DNA of 64,000 nucleotides, taken from contig OX597822.1 in assembly GCA_951406725.2 (NCBI GenBank), positions 44,392,001 through 44,456,000 of the forward strand, in the 5' to 3' direction. A program made the translations under genes and the position numbers. The stretch comes from Octopus vulgaris (lineage: Eukaryota). A model generated the notes under the pieces. The model did not search any database. It saw only the letters and a list, made by a program, of their open reading frames with translations, and was not told the origin of the DNA. Below, one piece after another: positions 54,074-64,000 of this stretch; the first letter of the stretch is position 1; every line of letters begins with the position of its first letter.

Positions 54074-54537
54074 GTTCGTGTTGTTGTTATGCCTAGTGTG
54101 CCATATATTTGGTTTTGTGTTCAGTGTTGTACTAGTGAATGTCTAAAAAAAAAAAACGAAAATTATGTTTGTTTTAAAACTTGAGATTACATAGAAAGTA
54201 TTTTGCGTAGGATATGAGCAGTACCCATGAGCACTGTCTTTTGAATTTCTGCCATTTTCGGGTTTCCTAGTATCTGAGTTAGGTAGCGATCAGCCCCTTT
54301 TGCTATCATTCCAAGAGCACCTATGACGACAGGTATTGTTTTAGTCTTCAGGTTCCACATTTTGCTGATTTCTATTTCAAGATCTTTATATTTGCTCAGT
54401 TTTTGGTAGGTCTTGACAGATACGTTTATATCGACTGGGACAGTCATATCAATGAGGAGGCATGTTCTTTGTTTGAAGTCTTTCAATATGATGTCTGGTC
54501 TATTTGCATCTATCTTTCTGTCAGTTTGAATGGGGAA

Positions 54538-54540
<3 letters not shown>
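54074..54540 (-). mobile_element. 5'-truncated R4/Dong-like element: RLE domain plus part of the 3' UTR, between (TAA)n arrays
   Basis: FPIQTDRKIDANRPDIILKDFKQRTCLLIDMTVP...KLSKYKDLEIEI...PVVIGALG...ILRKILSM*, clearly paralogous to the end of ORF 21819-23036. Confidence 0.9.
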
Positions 54541-54616
<76 letters not shown>

Positions 54617-54730
54617 CTGTTGTTATTGTTATTGCTGTAGTTGTTATTATTATTATTATTATTAGTAGTAGTAGTAGTAGTGGTAGTAGTAGTAGTAGTA
54701 GTAAAAGCAGCAGCAGCGGCAGTAGTAGTT

Positions 54731-54802
<72 letters not shown>

Positions 54803-56349
54803 ATAGCAGCAGCAGCAGCAGCAGTAGGAGTAGTAGTGGTAGTAGTAGTAGCAGCAGCAGTATTGGTAGTAGTAGAAAGTTTAGTAGTATGAAAATGCTA
54901 ATACTAACGACGATGACGACGATGACGATGATGATAATGATGATGACGGTGATCATGATGATCATGATGATAATGATGATGATGGTATTGATGACGACGT
55001 TAAAGATAACGGTGATGAGCATGTCGTTTAGCACAACGTCGAGAAGATTCCTCATATTTTTAGGAGTATGTGCAACTATGTTATGATGCTTCAAATATTC
55101 GAAAACCAATTATATTTATGACGATTTGATTGGTGATGATTTGGTATATATTCTTGCAGTTGCAATGTCGTGCATAATTCCAATTTGAAAATTTAGTATC
55201 GAATATAGTATTGATCACGTATAATAATCACATTTAAACACCGGAAATTGCTGTGACTACATTCACCATTCCACAAAGTAATGGTACTGTGACTATTTAA
55301 GTGGCTTACTCCATAGAGATAAGCGAGAAATGTAGGAGAAATTGAAGTTATATTTGATGCGCAATCTAATGATGACAGCACTTGACCTAATAAGATATTT
55401 GACGGGTGAAAGTATATGATATATTTTCTTGAGAATTTAGTGACCATCCATGCGAAATTTTCAGTGTACTCGCGAAGGAGTTGATCAGCATTGTAGCTGA
55501 AATGTAATTCCTTGTTAGTAATATTGAACGTTGATAATTTGCGTGAGGCAAGGTTGGTACAGGTCTGCATTCTTTAGATTACGTCGGGGTCACCAATGTT
55601 AAATTTTTTGGCGTGAGGCTGAGAAAATGCTCTTGTACTAATATAGTGAATGATTCTCGTTTCAAAATGTGATATGAAATGTAATATTTATTTCGTATAA
55701 TTATCTTTGAAGCAATAGAAATTGCCATGAACATTTTCTACCATGTGACAAATGTAGCCTAAATCAATATTAACAGATGCTATCCGTTTTGATAGCTTCT
55801 TTTCAATGTTCATACGGTATCAATGAAACAATATTTGAATGCGTGTGGACAGAAATATATAATGCGGTAAAATATTGTTAACAATGTATTTTCTCAGAAG
55901 ACATAGTATAATGAAAGATAACATAACAGAAATATTACATATCTAAAAATAATTCCCTATTAAAGAGAGTTTACAGCGTTCAAACATACAACGAAAGCTG
56001 TCAGTTACAGAAAATTCGAGAATCTTTTTTTACATAGGTTCAGGCACAACTGTACTTATGTAATATTTATATATATATATATATATATATATAGGTGATT
56101 GCGCTCGCGCGTGAGGTGAGTGTCTTGGAGAGTGCGCGCGTGTGGGTGTCTGTGTGTGTGTGTGTGGAATGTATGAATGTACATTCTGTGTTGCTAAGAA
56201 GCTAACTTTGCAACCACGACGTATTGGGTTCAGTCCCACTGGGCAGCAAATTATGCAAGTGAATTCCATAACTACGGGGAAAACAATGCCTTGCAAATGG
56301 TATTGTTGGACGGAAACTATATAGAAGACCACCATGTATGTAGATGGAC

Positions 56350-56461
<112 letters not shown>

Positions 56462-56570
56462 CTGTTGTGTCTAGGGAGAGTCATTTTCTTTGTGTGTCTT
56501 TTAAAGAATCTTGCAAACCAAATCCCAAAACGAAATATATATTATTGTTATATATATATATTTATATATA

Positions 56571-56615
<45 letters not shown>

Positions 56616-56993
56616 GGGGAGGGGGTTTGAGCTATGAAATAGTCAACCAACTATATAACAATATATGTGATTATGGCGTTGCACTCATGGTTGCAAGTTT
56701 TTGGTTTCGATTCCCAGTCTGATTGCGTAGATTGTTCTTGGGCAAAGAGCTTTATTTCACGTTATTCCCGTCCAAAGAATCCATTCGTTCAGAGACAATA
56801 TCGGTTGCCAGCATCACCAGCGGGGACAAATCATTCCAGAGCTAAAATAGTGCAAAGCCCATTGCATCCAGCAGCTTATATCTCTCAACCTCCGATAATC
56901 CCGTGAATATCATAATATCGTAACATACGCCCCCACAAACACACACTCACGCGCGCACACACATACACACACACATATATGCAGAAACACTCA

Positions 56994-57031
<38 letters not shown>

Positions 57032-57217
57032 CATAGGCTGAAACGCCTCGGAGAAGTGGCTTCGGTTATAGTCCAGGGTCGACCAATGCCTTATGGATGC
57101 ATTTGGCAGATGGAATCTATTGTATTCATACAAACATACATACATACATACATACATACATACATACATACATACATACATACATACATACATGCATGCA
57201 TATATGTATACACACAC

Positions 57218-57267
<50 letters not shown>

Positions 57268-57349
57268 ATATATAAGTATATATATATATATATATATATA
57301 TAAATATATATATATATATGTGTGTGAATATACTCTTTACTCTTTTTTT

Positions 57350-57745
57350 TCTCTTTTACTTGTTTCAGTTTTTTGACTGTGGCATTGCTGAAGCACCGCC
57401 TCTAATCGAGCAAATCGCCCCCTGGACTTATTCTTTGTAAGCCTAGTACTTATTCTATCGATCCGTTTTGCCGAACCACTAAGTTACGGGGACATAAACA
57501 CACCAGCATCAGTTGTCAAGCGATGTTGGTGGGACAAACACGGACACACAAACGTATACACATACATACATATGTAAATATACATATATACGACGGGATT
57601 CTTTCAGTTTCCATCTACCAAATCCACTCACAAGGCTTTGGTCGGCCCGAGGCTATAGCACAAGACACTTGCCCAAGGAGCCACGCAGTGGGACTGAACT
57701 CGGAACCACGTGGTTCGTAAGCAAGCTACATACAACACAGCCACG
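57350..57745 (-). mobile_element. SINE family C, full length
   Basis: Colinear with 14055-14463. Confidence 0.85.
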
Positions 57746-58212
57746 AGATTTATCTGTGTATATATATATATATATATGTTTTTATACATGTAAGCAAATG
57801 CACTCATCTACCTCTAATACGAACCTATCCCAGAAACAGATGTAAAGTACAGCATACACTTACTTATAAACTGCTAGCAAGCTTCTCAACAGTAATTATT
57901 TGCGTTTCCGTTGCGGATATTGTTTAAATCAACATTAAGGCGTGTTCAAATTCTCTCTACCATTTCGTGGTTTTTATCGATCTTCGCCATTAACTATAAA
58001 TTTTCACCCTCTGGAATATCCTTGACTCATGCTATAAATACATATACATAGATATATATTTGTTCTCTCTTCACAATATTATTAAATATTTTATAAGTTC
58101 ATTGTATGCCCCACAAGTTCTTTCTCAAATGAGGATCTATTGTACCTATAGACACACGTACAAAATTGCATGTACGTGTAGATACGTATGTATAACTACT
58201 TTAGAATTTTAC

Positions 58213-58310
<98 letters not shown>

Positions 58311-58958
58311 AGAGAGAGAAAGAGAGAAATTTCGACAACAAAATATAAAAAGGAAAATGCACACAAATATTATGTTAGAAAATATGCATCATTTTTTATG
58401 AAGTAAAATATTTACATAGTCGACCGGTTTCGCTAATGGTAATCATGACTAAGCAGTTAGTGATATTTTTATAATTCATGCTATCGTAAGTATTCACTGC
58501 ATGCCAGTACGAGGAAGGATAAGTACGTGTGTATGTATGTCTGTTTGTATGCATGTATTTATGTATGTACATATGTATGTATGTATGGATAGATCGATAG
58601 ATGGCTGGATAGATGGAGGTAAATAAAATAGTCTTTGACGTAGTTATAGACTATACTTGTAATCGTGGTTCGTATATTGTCAGAAGCATATAAATAAGTA
58701 CTCCTCTGTGAGGGAGACATCGTACGTAGCCGCATCAGTTTGAAATTCTCTGACGTAGATTATGAGTTTAGCCGCTCCACCTCTGGCACAGCCATGAAAA
58801 ATGTAAATTCTGATAGTTTTTATTACGGAATTTTAAATATAAACAACTCTATATATTTGCATTTTGTAAAATATTGCTATCTTTTTAATGTACAATAATC
58901 TGTTTGTTTAGTCTTCAAAAGGCTTAATGTTTCAAAACGTAATTTATAATATTTCTGC

Positions 58959-58997
<39 letters not shown>

Positions 58998-59039
58998 CAT
59001 ACGTATATTTATATATATATGTATGTATATATATGTATA

Positions 59040-59093
<54 letters not shown>

Positions 59094-59307
59094 TATGGGT
59101 GTATGGGCACGGAAGTTTGTGCACGCATGTGTATATCATACACTTACCCATACATATATACATATATGTTTACATATATATGAGTATGAGTATATATTTA
59201 TATAGGCCTATATATTTGTGTCAGTATGCATACATGTATGTTTGTATGTATATAATTATGTTTGTACATATATATGCTTTTATTTTAATATGAATATATG
59301 TATATTT

Positions 59308-59365
<58 letters not shown>

Positions 59366-60157
59366 ATGTATATAAATCTATATATGTTATATATATGTAT
59401 ATATATGCATGTATGTACTTATCTATGTATGTGTGTATGCATGCTTGCATCTATGTATGTGTGTGCATTTATATGTATGCATGGGTGGAGATTACTACAA
59501 CCGTTTCTTTTGATTCTTGAATTTTTGAAAAGATGACCGTATGTCAGTGGGTCGTTCAGTTCGTAGTAGCATTGTGCTAGAACACTTATTTATTATAGAC
59601 CGTGGTTTCTAAAGCTTAGTAACAAATTAGTGTAGCGAGACCATGTTTTGTTCAACAGTTTTGATTTTTTTTCCTGTGTGTTTTTTTTTTCTGTTTTTGT
59701 TTTGTTTCGATATAAAATGTTTCATTGTAAATATTTTCTCTGTTGTATATTAGAAATAAAATTCATGAATTAAATACACACACACAAACACACACGCGCG
59801 CGCACGCACGCACACACACACACACACGCACACACACAAATACATGCATGCATGTACACATATGCACAGAAGCATATGTCCGTGCAAATGATCATACAAA
59901 CTATAGAAATACGACTCTCAAGATACACAATTGAGAATCTTTAGACACGCACATAAACATATTATATATATGCACATATATGTATATGTATATGTATATA
60001 CACTCACACACACACTCACATATATAAATATTAATACTTATAGACAAAGGCGTGGCTGAGTCGTAAGAAGCCTTCTACTCTAGTCTCGGGCTGACCAAAG
60101 CCTTGAGAGTGGATCTGGTAGATAGAAACTGGAAGAAGCCCTTCGTGTGTGTGTATG

Positions 60158-60207
<50 letters not shown>

Positions 60208-60350
60208 CAGAGAGAGAGATAAATAAATAAATGGAGTTAAACGCAAGTGTTATTCAAATTCTTTTATTTCCGACATATATTTCGAAGACAATATTGCTAT
60301 AATTTCAGAAGGAATGAAATGGTGTAAAACAATACAAGAAAGAAAGAAAC

Positions 60351-60435
<85 letters not shown>

Positions 60436-61789
60436 ACTACACTTACTACCTAACGTTGTTCGGTAAAGTATTCACGGAATTGTTGGCCAGTTTGTAGAAT
60501 GGGAATTCGCAGTGTTTATGTATGTACGTATATAGACCCTTACGTCTGGACTTATTTAATTGGAACTATTCAAACAAGTAGTAATTCTTTCGTTGCCATT
60601 CATCACCAGATCCCTCACTATATCAAAACAGCATAGAGTTGAGAACAGAGATATTCAGGCATAATGAAACTCAAAGTGAGATTGTTGAATTATTGGATTA
60701 CAAATGTCATATGAATGAAATAATAATGAATAAGATCTGAAATAATCTCAGCAAAATAGATGTTTCTGTATGTCAATGTGTGTGTACGTGTTATTTTTTC
60801 TTAGAGAGTGATATAGAGAGAGCACGAAGACTATGTGTGTGCATATGTCGCAGATAGCGTATGTGTGTTTGTGTTGCTTCACAAACCACGACATTCATTA
60901 TATGTGTGTGTATAATGTATGTGTGTATGTGTGTAGACGTCACGGAAGCCATGCTTTCTTTTTCGTCAAGGAATAACGAACAAAAATTGTGTTTAATCGA
61001 TTTCATTAATAAATAGAGGTCCAAATATCATGAAACCTCATACTGCACTGCATAAAGTAAGCATGAAAATATATATGTAAAACGATAAAATAAACTATTT
61101 CTGAGATATTTCGGGAACAATCTTCTAGAGTTTTAGTATTATTAAGACATATGTGTGTGTGCGTGTGTGTATCTGTATGTATGTATGTATGCATGTATGT
61201 ATTTGTGTTTCTGTTTTCCCAACCCCACACCGATATTGGTGTGTTTGCATCCCTGAAAACTAGCAGTTCGGCAAAAGTGGGTGATAGAATAATCACTAGA
61301 ATAAGTGCTTGGAAATCGAACTGTGTCGAGTGTGTTAAGTGATAAGGTAGTAAAAGAGAATGACTCCATCCAGTCATTTTTTTCTTAGAGAGTGATATAG
61401 AGAGAGTACAATAAAATATGCTTCAACACACGAATTGACATAAAGAATCTCCGAAACCAAATAAAAAAAGTTTTATATATATTCTTCTTCATCAGCCACA
61501 CGGGGCGAAACACAGAGGCGGCAAAATACAATGTTGAACCTTTCTTTTGAAGAAAGGAAAAGGAGAAAAATAAAATTTCGATCAAAAGGGTTCGTGAAAA
61601 AAAAGAAGCGCCGATTGATAGGGATCGTGAATCACAGAAAATATTGTAAATGTTACAAAAAAGAAAAAGCAGGCTAAGTTTATCCGTGGAAAGAAACGCC
61701 TACGGAAAAGACCATGGTAACCTCGGGCAATAATATCCTACACAGACACATAACAGTAAATGACTCTCTATATATCGATATAGACAGTC

Positions 61790-61824
<35 letters not shown>

Positions 61825-61832
61825 TAGATAGC

Positions 61833-61912
<80 letters not shown>

Positions 61913-62873
61913 CTGATTGATTGACACACAGACATACGAATATCTTGAGTACAAGAAAAGGCTTTTTAAGTACTGATGTAGCTAAAGAAAATTTCTATTA
62001 TCGTGATTTGGGGCGATGCGCTTCTCGATCGATTCCTGCTGGAGGATGATGCCTCGCCACCGTTTCAATAATCCCTTCTACTCTCGGCACAAGGCCTGAA
62101 ATTTGTGGTGAGTGGAATTGTTGATTACGTGGATCCCGATGTTTCACTGGTAATAATTCTATAGAAACCGAACTGTCGAAAGGGAAAGTCAACTTCGGCG
62201 GAATTATAAATTCAGAACGCGAAAACGGCCGAAATGCCCATATATATATATATATATATACATATATGTACAAACGTGTTTGTGAATCTGCGTTCATCCT
62301 TCATCCCACCATGGCTTTGACAATCGATATTGGCGTATTTACGTTCTCGTTACTTAGCGGTTCGGCAAAACATTCTGATAGAATAAGTCCTGGGATCAAT
62401 TTGCTCGACTAGTGGCGGTGCTCCAGAATGGAAAAAGTAAACTTGAACAAGTATATATATATATCTATATATATATGCACACACATACACATGCGCAACA
62501 CAGACGCACATTCAAACTTCATAGAAAAAACCTGGCACATGGTTTATTACACGCACAGAGTAACATACGAATAAATGTAATCAGCACAGCTTGTCTATCT
62601 GAGCTTTAGGTATGAACTACATCAAGGAAATAACATGGAATCCGTCTTTCAGTATGAAAAAAGAAATGCGACAAATCAAGCTCGCCATGTTATATCCTCA
62701 CGTGATCCTCAGGCGAGACTCTCGATATTTCTCTTCATTAATAATGTAATCTGTTCTTTTTTTTTTAATCCTATTTTGCATTTATATTTGTATTTTCATT
62801 TCATTTTATTATCTCTTTCTCTCTCTTCGACAAGTTGGTAGCGAGGAAATTACATTCTCGTACATAATTTCTG

Positions 62874-62914
<41 letters not shown>

Positions 62915-63067
62915 TTATAAATATAACATCTATCTATATATATTGTACCTGTATAAATATATATATATATATATACATACATGTAAATGAACGATCACAT
63001 AATTATATGTGAATATATATATATATATATTGAGAGACAGAGAGAGCGAAAGACGTATATACATTTT

Positions 63068-63118
<51 letters not shown>

Positions 63119-63627
63119 ATATTTATTTATGTATGTATGTATGTGTTCGGGTCTATAGTGTGTATTCAAAATTAGATATTAGAGATACGTTTGTAAGTTT
63201 TTTTCTTGTACAAAGTAAAAAGGAAGAGAGAATGACAAAAAAGGGTGAAATTATTTGTAGCAAAGTGGAACAAAAAGATAGGGAATATGGAGATATTTAA
63301 GAACTGAAACATATCCTTATACGCAGTGTGTGTGTGTTTGAGTGTATGCTTGTGTGTATACATGTGTGTGTGAGTTCATATAAGCATACACACACACACA
63401 CTCACGCATGGAAACACATTTATATGCTGTATTCAGTTCTTGCCCTCACGTCTAACCCTTTCACATGGTTGGCATATGTGTGTGAGTGTGTGTATGTGTG
63501 TGTTTGGTGTAACATTGATGTAGATATAAAGAGAAATATATATTTATATACACACGACCGCACACGCCCACACACACACAAACGAATGTATCTATGTATG
63601 TCTGCATTTATATATTGCATATAATCT

Positions 63628-63672
<45 letters not shown>

Positions 63673-63876
63673 ATAGTGGTGTATGTATGTATGTATGCAT
63701 GTGTGTGTGTATATATGTATAAATGTATAGTCACACATATGTGATGACTAAGATGAAAGGTGTTAAGATGCTTGAATACGCAAAAATAACTTCATACACA
63801 TTTAGAAAATACGTTTTTACATATAAGCATATACATATACACACACATATATACATACATATATATGTATATATTT

Positions 63877-63935
<59 letters not shown>

Positions 63936-64000
63936 TATAAGTGTGTGTGTGTGTATAGATAGACATATTATACAAATATATATTATGTATTATATATCAC

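Noticed and set aside
58411-58431. Minus-strand GAAACCGGTC hammerhead half-site
   Set aside because: No CTGANGA partner or stem I complement found nearby.

Overview
This is AT-rich, extremely microsatellite-dense animal DNA, intronic or intergenic. The SINE repertoire (tRNA-Arg/CORE-type heads) and repeat style suggest an octopus or other coleoid cephalopod; that assignment is an inference. I can support no intact host gene, and almost all ORFs in the track are translations of (TA)n, (TATG)n, (TAA)n, (GAT)n or (CT)n arrays. The recognisable content is transposon-derived. It includes 5'-truncated R4/Dong-like RLE retrotransposons in (TAA)n arrays, RTE LINE remnants, Helitron pieces, a mariner deletion derivative, a pogo-like fragment and many copies of three SINE families. 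The most interesting signal is a set of short non-coding elements from several unrelated families, embedded in microsatellites, that carry minimal type I hammerhead ribozyme (HHR) motifs and Penelope-like direct/inverted repeats. One is a 596-nt tandem unit bounded by two HHRs (retrozyme-like), one has a fully canonical HHR at 26269-26311, and one family has a non-canonical CUGUNGA-type core. Coordinates were read by eye and element boundaries are approximate.
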